64,000 nt of DNA from a virus. Below, one piece after another: positions 26,290 through 36,040 of the stretch. The position numbers and the translations under genes are program-made. Every line of letters begins with the position of its first letter. Within the stretch, counting starts at the first letter, position 1. The DNA lies in IMG/VR virus record IMGVR_UViG_3300043449_002292, positions 1 to 64,000 of that record, one strand, 5' to 3'. The notes under the pieces are model-generated. The model was not told the origin of the DNA. It saw only the letters and a list, made by a program, of their open reading frames with translations, and did no database searches.

Positions 26290-26502
26290 TTAGTCCCTCA
26301 GGATGCGGCGCTGCGGCGCCTCGGTCACGATGTTCTCATTGGTGATCGCACGACGGACGCCAGTGAGCGTGTTGACGGCGACCAGAAGATCACCGGCGCG
26401 AACAGCAACCTCCTCGGTCTGAAGGACGCCACGGGAACGAAGGGATGCCTGCTCCACGTCAGTGAGAGGCTGATCGAATGAAAGACCTGAATTTACTGCC
26501 AT
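26290..26502 (-). CDS. hypothetical protein
   Basis: AGGAG SD; directly upstream of groEL; not recognisably GroES. Confidence 0.7.
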   Translation of the reverse strand: MAVNSGLSFDQPLTDVEQASLRSRGVLQTEEVAVRAGDLLVAVNTLTGVRRAITNENIVTEAPQRRILRD

Positions 26503-26525
26503 TTGCTACTCCTGAGTTATTGTAA

Positions 26526-27356
26526 TCACGCCGCCTTGGAAGGAAACTGAATCCAAAGACGATCGAATGACGCGATCCACTTCGACCACGTCTTGTCGCT
26601 TGTAAGCGACATAATATCTAGGCCCTGCATCCTGGAACGGAGATCATCGTTCTGACGAGCTGGCACGCTGAATGTCGTCTGGTCCCAGGTCTCATTCAGA
26701 TTCTCGAACCCGATCATGCCCAGGTTATGCTCAAAGATAGCGCGGGTCTCAGGCTTCTTCGCGAAGTAAGCCTCCAGCGCGCCCTCTTCGGTGACCAGGG
26801 CTGTCGCGCGTTTGTCGCCGATTCCCGGGATTCCGGGAATGTTATCGGCACCGTCACCGCGGAGTGCCTTCCAGCGGACGTAATCGTAAGTGGGAGCCTC
26901 AACGAAGATGTCCTTGACGGGGGAGTAAAGTGAGATCCTACGATCCTCAGTGCTCAGCAGCTGGGTAAAATCGGAGTCCGTGGAGACAATCGTCACACGA
27001 TCCCCTGCGTGAACCTTCTCGGCGAGATGAGCGATGACATCATCAGCCTCATAGTCAGGATGCCTCGTCACGATGACCGGCAGGTGGCGCGAGATGATGT
27101 CTGTGATCTGTCGCTTCTGATTCCGGAAGGTGTCATCCATCCCAGTCCGCTGTGCCTTGTAGGTGCCCTCGGAGGCCTCGATACGCCGACGTGGCACGCC
27201 CTCCATGACAAAGTAGGCGACGTCAGGTTTGAAGCGATCAACGAGGGAACGGACTGAACGTAGGGCTGCGAAGGTGCAGCCATGCTCGGCGTCCTGCATC
27301 GCAACGCGGGCACGGTGGATGAGGTTGAGACCATCGATGATTAGGACGTGTCGCAT
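26526..27356 (-). CDS. 5'-3' exonuclease / flap endonuclease (T4 RNase H-like)
   Basis: IIDG.N, YKA.R, EADDVI, STDSD, L.GD.ADNIPGIPGIG.K. Confidence 0.93.
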   Translation of the reverse strand: MRHVLIIDGLNLIHRARVAMQDAEHGCTFAALRSVRSLVDRFKPDVAYFVMEGVPRRRIEASEGTYKAQRTGMDDTFRNQKRQITDIISRHLPVIVTRHPDYEADDVIAHLAEKVHAGDRVTIVSTDSDFTQLLSTEDRRISLYSPVKDIFVEAPTYDYVRWKALRGDGADNIPGIPGIGDKRATALVTEEGALEAYFAKKPETRAIFEHNLGMIGFENLNETWDQTTFSVPARQNDDLRSRMQGLDIMSLTSDKTWSKWIASFDRLWIQFPSKAA

Positions 27357-27763
27357 TAGACTTTTACCCTCGCCTTGGTTCCATCGGGAAGCGTTACCGT
27401 CGCGGTCTGCGGTGAGTCATCCGTATCGAATGCGGATGAAAGCGTAACCGGCGCCTGCTGCTCGAAGACCTCCCCGGCAAGGGCGACCGTCTTATCGATC
27501 ATCGCGTTCACCTGCTGGGTCGTTCGTTCGATGAGCGTTCGACGGAGCTCATCGACGCTGATGAAATACTCAGCAGCCTGTGGGTCCAGTGGAACGCTCT
27601 TCGGGCTGCCTGCGAGTTGGATCATCCAGACCGTTTCAGCCCCTGAGATCGTCCGGCGTAGGATCTCCTCGGTGACTTGGGCAGGATGAACCCGACGTTC
27701 GCCGTTGGGTATCAGATAAACGATCTGGCCGACTTGTAACGATGGTAGAGTTGTTTCGCTCAT
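27356..27763 (-). CDS. hypothetical protein (VGQIVY SH3-like start)
   Basis: leaderless promoter upstream. Confidence 0.75.
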   Translation of the reverse strand: MSETTLPSLQVGQIVYLIPNGERRVHPAQVTEEILRRTISGAETVWMIQLAGSPKSVPLDPQAAEYFISVDELRRTLIERTTQQVNAMIDKTVALAGEVFEQQAPVTLSSAFDTDDSPQTATVTLPDGTKARVKV

Positions 27764-27769
27764 ACCACC

Positions 27770-27798
27770 ATTATAAGCCGGCCAGAATGTTATTGCAC
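27770..27798 (-). promoter_or_regulatory. class I promoter GTGCAA-N17-TATAAT
   Basis: motif and spacing; ATG 7 nt downstream. Confidence 0.8.
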
Positions 27799-27811
27799 GG
27801 GATCGTGCTGG

Positions 27812-28216
27812 TTAGCGCTTGAAGCCCCAACCGAGACCACCCATGGTTACGCCACGGGAACGGACGACAGAGCGAATCTCACGGCGGACAGCCTCACGAA
27901 CGGCCTCCTCCTCCTGCTTCTCCTCATCCATCTCCTTCTTGGCAGCCCGCATCTCCTTGCGGATCATCTCGCGGACGGCCTTCTCCTCGTCGCCATGTCC
28001 CTTCTTACGACGGGCTTCCATGGGCTCATCGTCCATCTCTTCCATCATGTCGCCGTCTTCCTCGGTACCCTCGGTGGTGACCTCACCGTCGAGCCAGGGA
28101 TCGCCCTCGTCATCGCCGCCGCCAAACTGATCAGCCATCGGGTCCTTGATGCCCTTGTGTGAGCCCTCGGTCATGAGACCGGAGAGCTTCGCCATCCTTG
28201 CTTTATCGAAAATCAT
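27812..28216 (-). CDS. acidic putative scaffold/internal head protein
   Basis: RMAKLSGL.TE; VREMIRKE; ATAATTA upstream. Confidence 0.75.
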   Translation of the reverse strand: MIFDKARMAKLSGLMTEGSHKGIKDPMADQFGGGDDEGDPWLDGEVTTEGTEEDGDMMEEMDDEPMEARRKKGHGDEEKAVREMIRKEMRAAKKEMDEEKQEEEAVREAVRREIRSVVRSRGVTMGGLGWGFKR

Positions 28217-28286
28217 CTGAGTTGCCTCCGCTTTTAATTATTCCTGATTGCTTAAAGTTTCGAGATTAAAAAATAAAAAGAATCTC

Positions 28287-28799
28287 TTACGCTTTAACTA
28301 AAGTAAATAGCATGAGATTGCCTCTATTACGGAGAAGTCTTGACAGATTCTTCGCATCAAGACACCATCTGCCGCCCCTTTTCACATAAATAAGTCCCTC
28401 GGCTCGACTTATGATATAAGGTCCGGGCGCTTTAATGTCCACCTCGTCGAAGGAGGTGGGTCCGCCCGGGGGCAGGGACGGAGATTTTGATTGCTGACCT
28501 TCGGTATGTGCTACGAAGGTATTAAAAATCGTAGGATCACCTTCAAAATACCACCAACCGTCTTTCCCCTTTACATAAACTGGTTGGTATGCTCCACCAT
28601 TGTTATAAAGAACTTTCGAACCCGCAGGGTGTGAATCTAGCTGCGCTGGTGAATCCATCTCACCTGTGTCCGACGCAAGAAACTGAAATCCAGCCGGGGC
28701 AGGACCGGCAGGGGTTTGGGTCTGTTCACGCAGAACTCGAGACGTTTCTTCTCTGATAATTCTGCGAAGCTTGCTCTCTGACATCATCATGCTAAACAT
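28287..28799 (-). CDS. protein with LRRIIREE tag
   Basis: SESKLRRIIREETSRVLRE. Confidence 0.75.
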   Translation of the reverse strand: MFSMMMSESKLRRIIREETSRVLREQTQTPAGPAPAGFQFLASDTGEMDSPAQLDSHPAGSKVLYNNGGAYQPVYVKGKDGWWYFEGDPTIFNTFVAHTEGQQSKSPSLPPGGPTSFDEVDIKAPGPYIISRAEGLIYVKRGGRWCLDAKNLSRLLRNRGNLMLFTLVKA

Positions 28800-28849
28800 C
28801 CAGTCAAGTAGTGATAACTATATCAGAGAGTCATAAAAAATGATGAGAG

Positions 28850-29197
28850 CTAATCATTAGATCCGATTTTTTCACGGACAGACTGCGTAATCTTTTTCCC
28901 CTTTTCTGCTGCCTGTCCAAGCGGCTCAAGACCAAGTATAGCGCGAACCTTATCGTACTCCTGCCCGGAGAGTCCGTCCTTTAGAAGACTCAGATCAATG
29001 AACTGCTTGAGGTCCATATCAATGACAGGAACTTCCTCACCGTCAAGGCCAGGTTCAAATTCACCCGTCTGATGGGCAACAAAGATGAAGAGCATCTTCG
29101 GATCGTCCTGATCGGGCGGAACATGGATGAAAGGAATCTGGGACTCTCCTTCCTCATAGACGATCTCTGGAATCCAGTTCTTAGAATTTTTGCTCAT
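28850..29197 (-). CDS. hypothetical phage protein
   Basis: clean ORF. Confidence 0.7.
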   Translation of the reverse strand: MSKNSKNWIPEIVYEEGESQIPFIHVPPDQDDPKMLFIFVAHQTGEFEPGLDGEEVPVIDMDLKQFIDLSLLKDGLSGQEYDKVRAILGLEPLGQAAEKGKKITQSVREKIGSND

Positions 29198-29249
29198 GAT
29201 CTAATTTATACTCACACCGCGAACATCATAAACTCAATACGCGACCAGA

Positions 29250-30515
29250 TCACGCTTTCTTGGATTTAGCGGCTGCAATCTCAACCTGACCCGTCTGCAG
29301 CTTCCTATCAAAATCGTCCAGCATTGAGAGATAGCTCTTTCCTATCTCCGTCGTGCTCAAATTCGCGCGGTCCTGCGTGCTGATTGGTAAACCCATAGCT
29401 CGAGAAGCTTCATTAAAGATAGAGTCGTAGGCGCTTACGAGCTGTCCCTGGATCTGAGATTTTGCAGCCCCCAGCATAATCGTTTCCGCAGCCTTCAGGT
29501 CATCTGTCTCCGTTACGCCGGGAGCTTGTTGGCGCATCTTCTTGACCGCCTCCTTGAACTTTTCCGGATCCTCTTTCTGCTGCTTCTGCAACTCGGATGA
29601 GATCTTCTCTTTGACATTCTTTATGTTGGAGTCGTAAAGTTTGAGACCCGCCGATGAGGCTTGCGATAATGAGTTTATAAGCTCATCAAAATTCTTCGCC
29701 TCAGCTATCTTTTTAACAACAGCAACACGACCAGAAACTATCTTGAGAATCTCTTCCGCACGAAGCCTCTCATCATCGACGTATTTCTTCGCGATGCCCC
29801 CCAGCTTCTGTATCTCGCGTTGGGCCTCAGGCTTCAGCTGAGAGGGAGCTTGTCCGGGCACCTGAGCGGGTGCGGGCACGGCCTGCTCACTTATTCCGGT
29901 TGAGTATCTGTAACCGAAAAAATTAAGTGCCCTTTCGACCCGTGGGGTTATTGCAACCCTCGTTTTGCTTTTCTTCTTTTCCTTCTTTGTGGTAGCTGCA
30001 TCGGCGGCGAGAATCTCGCTTTTGCTCTCCGCCTCCGCATTGGAACCAGCGCGAATGTTCGAATAATATCCCTTTATTTCAGGAGGAACGTACGGGCTCG
30101 CTTCATCGGAATATAGCTTGTCAGTCCTTCTTGTCGAAGCGTACAGCAGCGGGTTCGCTGCAAAAACGAGAAACTTCGGACCGAAACCTCCGAGACCGTC
30201 GATCCCATCCATCTCGTAGAATTCACGAAAGTACTTGAGGTTTTCTTTTGTCTCCTTGTCATACTCCCGGCGTTTTTGAGCGAACTTTTCGAAGGCTTCA
30301 CCTATCTTCTTTTTATCGTTCGAAAACGATGCCTGAATCACGTTCAGATTCAGAGCGAGGGTGCTGCCGAGTAGCTTAAAGGATGAGACCAGCGATTTGA
30401 AAAAGCTGCCGATGCTACCGACGATGTTATTCATATCGTCAGCGCTCAACGTCATATAGCTCGGCATCGAAGCCAAGCGTTCGGTTAGCAGTCTCCTATC
30501 GGTTCTCACCGTCAC
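29250..30515 (-). CDS. helical putative virion protein
   Basis: long ORF with LTE/ISE sites. Confidence 0.75.
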   Translation of the reverse strand: MTVRTDRRLLTERLASMPSYMTLSADDMNNIVGSIGSFFKSLVSSFKLLGSTLALNLNVIQASFSNDKKKIGEAFEKFAQKRREYDKETKENLKYFREFYEMDGIDGLGGFGPKFLVFAANPLLYASTRRTDKLYSDEASPYVPPEIKGYYSNIRAGSNAEAESKSEILAADAATTKKEKKKSKTRVAITPRVERALNFFGYRYSTGISEQAVPAPAQVPGQAPSQLKPEAQREIQKLGGIAKKYVDDERLRAEEILKIVSGRVAVVKKIAEAKNFDELINSLSQASSAGLKLYDSNIKNVKEKISSELQKQQKEDPEKFKEAVKKMRQQAPGVTETDDLKAAETIMLGAAKSQIQGQLVSAYDSIFNEASRAMGLPISTQDRANLSTTEIGKSYLSMLDDFDRKLQTGQVEIAAAKSKKA

Positions 30516-30517
30516 TC

Positions 30518-31018
30518 CTATCCGCCGATCTTTATTGGAACAGGACCTGGCGCCGGAGTGGGTGGGGGAGAGACTGCTGGAGTTGGAGACTTAACTGCAT
30601 TCGCAGTGGTGGCCCCCGCAGACTTCTGAATCTGCAACGCATAGGGATCGCGTGGATCTGCTGCGTCGTCGGAATCAACACCGCTCGTGAGAATCTGGCC
30701 CAACCCCTCAAGAAAGGCAACAAGAGCCGTCTTCTCGTCCTCATCGAACTGCGCGATGTACTCCTCGAGCTCGCGTTTCACGTCCGAGTCCTTCGTGGAA
30801 CGACCCGACCTGACGATGTTGAGCTTCTCGATGATGTCCTCGACCGTGATGGGCTCGCTGCTAGGCTGAGCTGCCTGCTGGTCCGCGGCAGGTGCTGGAG
30901 CCGGGGCGGGCGCTGCGGGAGCTGCTGGGACTGCGGGTGGGGGAGCGTCAGCGGCCTGCTCATGAAGCTTCCGAAGGTAGCTCATCAGCTCCTTCTCGGT
31001 CCTGATCGTCTTCATCAC
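30518..31018 (-). CDS. Pro/Ala-rich putative virion protein
   Basis: LHE|Q; conserved-looking core LN.VRSGRS. Confidence 0.75.
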   Translation of the reverse strand: MMKTIRTEKELMSYLRKLHEQAADAPPPAVPAAPAAPAPAPAPAADQQAAQPSSEPITVEDIIEKLNIVRSGRSTKDSDVKRELEEYIAQFDEDEKTALVAFLEGLGQILTSGVDSDDAADPRDPYALQIQKSAGATTANAVKSPTPAVSPPPTPAPGPVPIKIGG

Positions 31019-31191
31019 TCACCGCCCTCGTTGTAGCGGATCCTGTTGTGGGGGCGCTCACGATAACGCTCGTTATAGCGACGAGCAGGAGAGTCGGCAT
31101 GATTCTCGGCATACTCCTTGATCTTCTGCCTTGACTCCTCCTCACGACGGACGATGTCCTGCATGAACTTATCGAACTCAAATTCCGGCAT
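31015..31191 (-). CDS. 58-aa hypothetical protein (below track cutoff)
   Basis: MPEFEFDKFMQDIVRREE...; GGAG SD, ATATTTA upstream, GTGA overlap. Confidence 0.6.
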   Translation of the reverse strand: MPEFEFDKFMQDIVRREEESRQKIKEYAENHADSPARRYNERYRERPHNRIRYNEGGE

Positions 31192-31579
31192 CTTCTTGCT
31201 CCAGTATCGTTAAATATGACCTATCCGACTCTACACCGACAACAAGAGCTTTAAACTCAAGACCTACGATGACGACGTCAAGCTTCTCATTAACTATGAA
31301 CGCCTGCAGCAAACGTTGCGAGCGGTCGGACGTTTTTAAGGATACGATCTTCCTGCCTGTGACATCGATGCTCGTCGATAGAATGCTCAGCTGGGTGTAG
31401 TCTCCGTCGAGGCTAACAAGGCATTCAAGATCAGGAGCAGCGACCCTCTCCCCCTTCTCCTCGACGATATCCAGCTCTAATCCCTCTGAGGCGAAGAAGT
31501 AGGAGCGATGCTCACCGATATCCGTATGAGCAGACGTCGTTGTAGATGAGCTCGGCTTCATTGGCATACTCCCTATCAA
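31178..31579 (-). CDS. hypothetical protein, start unclear
   Basis: fills the gap between neighbours; no clear start near 31520. Confidence 0.4.
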   Translation of the reverse strand: MIGSMPMKPSSSTTTSAHTDIGEHRSYFFASEGLELDIVEEKGERVAAPDLECLVSLDGDYTQLSILSTSIDVTGRKIVSLKTSDRSQRLLQAFIVNEKLDVVIVGLEFKALVVGVESDRSYLTILEQEDAGI

Positions 31580-31898
31580 GCTCCGTCACGCAATCAACAC
31601 CGTGGGTAAAGACCTCGATCGTGACCCTGGGGCCACTGCATGTGATCGAGGCATGATGGTTCCGATCGTCCTCGTAATCCATGAGCTCATTGAGGAACGA
31701 CCTTGCAGCACCGCGGCTCCCGAACTCGTAGGTCCTGCAGAGCCGCTCCGGTGACTGCTTCGTGAACCACCTGCTCTCGCTGCGTGGAGCCACGGGCAGC
31801 ACCCTCGTATCCACGTGGAAGTCACGAGGCATGATAGGCTGCGCCGTCTCATGCTCGAAATACTCACGTAGCAGGTTCGAGACCCTCGGGGCCCTCAC
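31512..31898 (-). CDS. pterin-4a-carbinolamine dehydratase-like protein
   Basis: L.RTYEF...F......NHH.......V.I...TH....VTELD...A. Confidence 0.75.
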   Translation of the reverse strand: MRAPRVSNLLREYFEHETAQPIMPRDFHVDTRVLPVAPRSESRWFTKQSPERLCRTYEFGSRGAARSFLNELMDYEDDRNHHASITCSGPRVTIEVFTHGVDCVTELDREYANEAELIYNDVCSYGYR

Positions 31899-31901
31899 GA
31901 T

Positions 31902-33497
31902 CTACTTCCTCCCGCGACGAGCTGCCTTAATCTTAGATGCAAACTCCTCACCCTCAGGAGAGCCCTTCAGGAACTCACCGACGGCGAGCTCGGGTGGCTT
32001 CTTGCCAGCCGAGAGACTCTTGAGCGTGGAGTATGCAGGCTTCAGATAGTTGCCATACTCCTCAACATCAGCGTCCTCAGCAGCCATGATGAACGCGGCC
32101 GTGAGCAGGTTGATGTAGTTGTTGTCCTCGGCCTCATCGAGTATGTAGTCAACGAGGTCACGGTACACACCGTCACGCTGCATCTCATCTAGCTGCATCT
32201 CCTCACGCGAGCTGAGCTTTGGCTCACCGAACTCAGCGAGAAATCCCTCACCGATTCGACGACCAAATCCCTTTCCGCTCGGACCCTTGAACTTCATATC
32301 AGCAATCTGAGACAGAGCTTCATAGGTGATCATTCCCTCGAAGTTCTTGTAGATCTGCGTCTGCGTCAGGAGCTTCGGATTCTCTTCCATAGCACGCGCA
32401 AACTCCGACATGCCTTCCTCTTCGATCAGCTCTTTCAGGACGCTCTGGTTCTCAGGAGCTGACAAACCGTCAATGAAAGCTTCCATAACGGAATTTCTGA
32501 CGTATGCGCGGTCGTCCTTACCGCTGAGGTAAGCGAGGAGAGCACGGACGCCGGTAACATCACGGATGAATGACTGGCGGAGCCCCGAGGCTGCAGCGTA
32601 ACCCATCGGCTTCGCATACTTCTGCCACTCAAAGCTTGCTGGAACAGTTGACTGAGAGGCAGGTTCAACGGATTTCTTGGAGGATTTCGAGACCTTCGCA
32701 GAATCTCCAACCGCGACGGTGTTCGCCCTGATGAAATACTTCACAAAGTTCGCGAGATCCCTGTCCTTACGCTTAGTGAAGGCATCCTGAACCTTCTGCA
32801 TCTTCTTATCGTCGACGTCTTCCATTCCGTCGAGGATCTCCATGAAAGTCTCAAGATCGGATCCGCTGATGAGAATATCATCAACAAGACCAATGACTTT
32901 CTTGATATCGCTTCGAACCAGCCCAAAGTTTCCAAGCGCATTTGGATACTCACGAAGCAGATCCTCAAGCTCAGAATCGCCTGCTGATTTCGAGGCTCCC
33001 TCCTCCTCATCGTCGTCCGAGGGTCCGAGGTCCTCACCCTTGTAAGCCTGATACATGAGCTTTCCGACGCCCTTGTACTCATCCGACTGTTCGCGCATAA
33101 GGGCATTAAGAACTGCGTTCTTACGACGAATGGACTCGATCTGGACCTCCTCATCATCGCTGCCCTCTTCCTCAAGCTGCTCGATGATACGCTTGAATGC
33201 CATGTAAGCTTTTTCGACATGGTCGACTGGCACCATCTCAGAGAGAGCTTGCACCGCGAGACCGAGCTCTTTTGGATTCATCGGGACATATTCATCGTCC
33301 TCAACAGGTGGACGCTCAACCTCGAGCTGAGTTGACATGCGATCGCTGGGAGAGAGCGGGAGCTCTGACGGTAGTGATGACGAATCAGGACCGACTGTCA
33401 GACGACGGTTGACATCACTCTTTTTGATGTCGCTCTCGCTAAGTGACTTCCTGATTATGCTCTGCAAAACCGATTTCTTTACCCTGACAGTAGACAT
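31902..33497 (-). CDS. large acidic putative virion protein
   Basis: LQSIIRKSLSE tag; ATAATTA upstream. Confidence 0.75.
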   Translation of the reverse strand: MSTVRVKKSVLQSIIRKSLSESDIKKSDVNRRLTVGPDSSSLPSELPLSPSDRMSTQLEVERPPVEDDEYVPMNPKELGLAVQALSEMVPVDHVEKAYMAFKRIIEQLEEEGSDDEEVQIESIRRKNAVLNALMREQSDEYKGVGKLMYQAYKGEDLGPSDDDEEEGASKSAGDSELEDLLREYPNALGNFGLVRSDIKKVIGLVDDILISGSDLETFMEILDGMEDVDDKKMQKVQDAFTKRKDRDLANFVKYFIRANTVAVGDSAKVSKSSKKSVEPASQSTVPASFEWQKYAKPMGYAAASGLRQSFIRDVTGVRALLAYLSGKDDRAYVRNSVMEAFIDGLSAPENQSVLKELIEEEGMSEFARAMEENPKLLTQTQIYKNFEGMITYEALSQIADMKFKGPSGKGFGRRIGEGFLAEFGEPKLSSREEMQLDEMQRDGVYRDLVDYILDEAEDNNYINLLTAAFIMAAEDADVEEYGNYLKPAYSTLKSLSAGKKPPELAVGEFLKGSPEGEEFASKIKAARRGRK

Positions 33498-33554
33498 TCG
33501 TGATCATCCTTCGGTAAAATCTACTCTAATTATTCTACACTCAGAATAGAAAGC

Positions 33555-33581
33555 GAAAAGGCCGCGATTAGCGGCCTTTTC
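33555..33581. terminator. rho-independent terminator
   Basis: GAAAAGGCCGC-GATTA-GCGGCCTTTTC. Confidence 0.8.
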
Positions 33582-33603
33582 TTTTGCAGAAGACGTTGGG
33601 CTC

Positions 33604-33870
33604 TTACTTTGCCTTCGTCTCAGCGGCGGGGGCAGCGTCAGTCTCAGAAGCTGGGACCTCGACAACCACGGCGCCCGCAGCCTCAGCAGCCGGCGCAGCC
33701 TCAGCAGCGGGAGCAGCCTCAACGGCGGGTGCGGCAGCCTCGGTCACCTCAGCAGCGGGAGTCTCCTCAACCGCGTCGCCACCGAAGACACCGGTGTAGA
33801 AGGCGGTGAGAGCCGCGATAACGGCCGCGAGGACAGCGGCGAGGACCTTGTTGTTCTTGATCATTTCCAT
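33604..33870 (-). CDS. small membrane-anchored Ala/Glu/Pro-rich protein
   Basis: N-terminal TM, EAAPAA repeats. Confidence 0.7.
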   Translation of the reverse strand: MEMIKNNKVLAAVLAAVIAALTAFYTGVFGGDAVEETPAAEVTEAAAPAVEAAPAAEAAPAAEAAGAVVVEVPASETDAAPAAETKAK

Positions 33871-33880
33871 TTCTTTCTCC

Positions 33881-34147
33881 TTAGTTGATCATGTCATCAT
33901 CGTTTGACTTTCTCTTAAACGATACCTGCCTACCCTTGTTTTTATCCACCATGGACATTTCCATCAGGGCGACATGTGAGGCAACACTCCTAAGATCACG
34001 TGCCATTCGCTCATCAAACGTAGCTAAAATATTCACCATCTCGAGCAGCTTTTCAAGCTTTTGCTCATTAATTTCCAACCTTTCCCGAAGTTCAGCTATC
34101 TCATCGCTTCGATCGTTGAACCCGAACATGGCACGTAAGAATCTCAA
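33881..34147 (-). CDS. coiled-coil hypothetical protein
   Basis: operon packing. Confidence 0.6.
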   Translation of the reverse strand: MRFLRAMFGFNDRSDEIAELRERLEINEQKLEKLLEMVNILATFDERMARDLRSVASHVALMEMSMVDKNKGRQVSFKRKSNDDDMIN

Positions 34148-34149
34148 AA

Positions 34150-34419
34150 CTAACCCTTTTCCTGCTTCGCGATGTAATCGTAGATGCTTTCAGCGTCGGA
34201 GGCCGTGAGCTTCTTGATCCTCTTCTCCTTCTTACGTTTCACCAGCTCGTCCATCATCCTGTGTGTGTGTGAGTCACCATCAACGACCAGTTGACAGAAT
34301 TCCACGAACATCTCCTGAAGGGAGAGTTTCTTTCGGAAAGCGAACACCCTCATTTCAGCGTGCAGCTCCGAGGGTATCTTGATGTGAATGCACTTCCTGG
34401 GGTCGAGGACGAGGTTCAC
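34150..34419 (-). CDS. ribbon-helix-helix-like DNA-binding protein
   Basis: IHIKIPSELH......KKLSLQEMF. Confidence 0.6.
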   Translation of the reverse strand: MNLVLDPRKCIHIKIPSELHAEMRVFAFRKKLSLQEMFVEFCQLVVDGDSHTHRMMDELVKRKKEKRIKKLTASDAESIYDYIAKQEKG

Positions 34420-34423
34420 CTGC

Positions 34424-35311
34424 CTACGCAGCTCCTCCGCCTCCTCCCTTCGCTCCGACTGCATATGAATCCGGTGGTGGCTCTGGACGTTCCAATGATA
34501 TGTGATAGTTCTTGCTCAGTAAATTTTTAAGCTGCTTATTGAGCTTATCTGCGTGATCTGGGAACTGACTTTTCAGATAAGATTCTGCCTGATCGATAAC
34601 ATTCTTCTTCACATCAACGAGAGATGTGTAATTCTTTATTAGATTTGCAATCTTCTCGGTGAATACGTCCATGTTAATCTTTGGCTCTGGCTTCTCTTTC
34701 TTGGCTTCCTGCTCATACAGGACACGAAGGGAACGATGCCGAAAGCTTTCAGCGACAGCCTCGGCGTCAGCATCATCTGCTGCTTCCATACCAGCCACAA
34801 GTGCCTGATGAACCGCCGTCTTTCCAGCTTCACTGGATTTCGGAGGCGGTGGTTTTGCTGCGCCTGGTGCCGCGGGTGCCGCGGGTGCACCTGGGACGGC
34901 AGGAGCTCCTGGTGCGGCAGGGGTGGCAGCTGGAGCTGCCGCGGCGGCGCCTGCAGCGGCCATAGGGTCAGGGGTCAGAGCAGGCGCTGGGGTTGCAGAT
35001 GCGGCAGGAGCTGGTGGAGTCAAAGCGGGTGTCGGAGCCGCTGCGGCTGCAGGATCAGGGGTCAAAGCAGGGGCCGGCGTGGCAGCGGTGGCGGCAGGAT
35101 CTGCCGGAGGAGTCGCAGCAGCAGGATCAGTCGGAGGTGGCGTAGCAGTAGGATCAGTCGGAGGTGGCGTAGCTGGTGCTGCGGCAGCAGGGTCGGCGGG
35201 CGCGCCGGGCGGTGTAGGTGCAGCCTGCTCGTAGAGCTGTTTCGTGAGGCTGAGCCTATAACCCTCCTGAATGATTAAGCGGCGAATCTGAGATTTACTT
35301 ACGACTTTCAT
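34424..35311 (-). CDS. Pro/Ala-rich repeat protein with IRRLIIQE tag
   Basis: ATPP.DP and PALTPDP repeats; LYE|Q sites. Confidence 0.75.
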   Translation of the reverse strand: MKVVSKSQIRRLIIQEGYRLSLTKQLYEQAAPTPPGAPADPAAAAPATPPPTDPTATPPPTDPAAATPPADPAATAATPAPALTPDPAAAAAPTPALTPPAPAASATPAPALTPDPMAAAGAAAAAPAATPAAPGAPAVPGAPAAPAAPGAAKPPPPKSSEAGKTAVHQALVAGMEAADDADAEAVAESFRHRSLRVLYEQEAKKEKPEPKINMDVFTEKIANLIKNYTSLVDVKKNVIDQAESYLKSQFPDHADKLNKQLKNLLSKNYHISLERPEPPPDSYAVGAKGGGGGAA

Positions 35312-36033
35312 TTTGATGCCTCCACCATCCGCTCAACCTTCCTGATACGATCCTCGATGATAGACCACTTAAGTTCCTTCATCATGGCAAAAACATATGA
35401 ACGTCGATCTTTCAGGTAATCTCGATAGTATGAATGCTCCCAACAGTCCAACACAACTATGGGGACCGAAGAGAACGGTATTCCAACGTTATGTAAATCG
35501 ACCACAACATTCATGTATCTCTTCAAGAAGAAATTATAGACTGTGACAACCCAACCGTTTCTTGAGCTGAGAGCACAGGCGATGAAGTCCCGTTGCCATG
35601 CGTCAAAGCTGCCAAAGTCTCTTTCAAGTCTCATATACGCTAGCGAATCCATAGAGACCGTAGAGCGTAAATCTGAGATATTCTCGAAAAACATTCCGTG
35701 AAGAAACGCAGCATTGAGATTATGAACTTCGTCAATTTTGAGACTACGGAATGCTGAATTGTTCGGGTTCGCAGCGTCACGATCAGCTGTGTCGAGGGCC
35801 GCGGACACCTCGTTCAAGGCCTTGGCGTAACCCTCCATCAGCTCCTGATGAGCAGTCTTATTTTCCTCGCTCAGCTTCTCGGTTGCCATATCGTACTTCG
35901 AAGCGTTTACAACGTAAGCCTCGGCGAGCTTTTCGGGAGCAGGACCAACCTTACGGGAAACAGCAAGAGATTCTTTTATGATCTCATTTATATCATCCTC
36001 ATTGATTCCGAGGATTCTCTGCTTTGTTTTCAT
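35308..36033 (-). CDS. Fe/Mn superoxide dismutase-like protein with N-terminal extension
   Basis: H...Y, N...LH..FF, DFGSF..W, GW, LDCWEHSYY.DY. Confidence 0.85.
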   Translation of the reverse strand: MKTKQRILGINEDDINEIIKESLAVSRKVGPAPEKLAEAYVVNASKYDMATEKLSEENKTAHQELMEGYAKALNEVSAALDTADRDAANPNNSAFRSLKIDEVHNLNAAFLHGMFFENISDLRSTVSMDSLAYMRLERDFGSFDAWQRDFIACALSSRNGWVVTVYNFFLKRYMNVVVDLHNVGIPFSSVPIVVLDCWEHSYYRDYLKDRRSYVFAMMKELKWSIIEDRIRKVERMVEASK

Positions 36034-36040
36034 GTTAGTT

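Noticed and set aside
34850-35220. Tandem DNA repeats
   Set aside because: They simply encode the Pro/Ala linker of 34424-35311.
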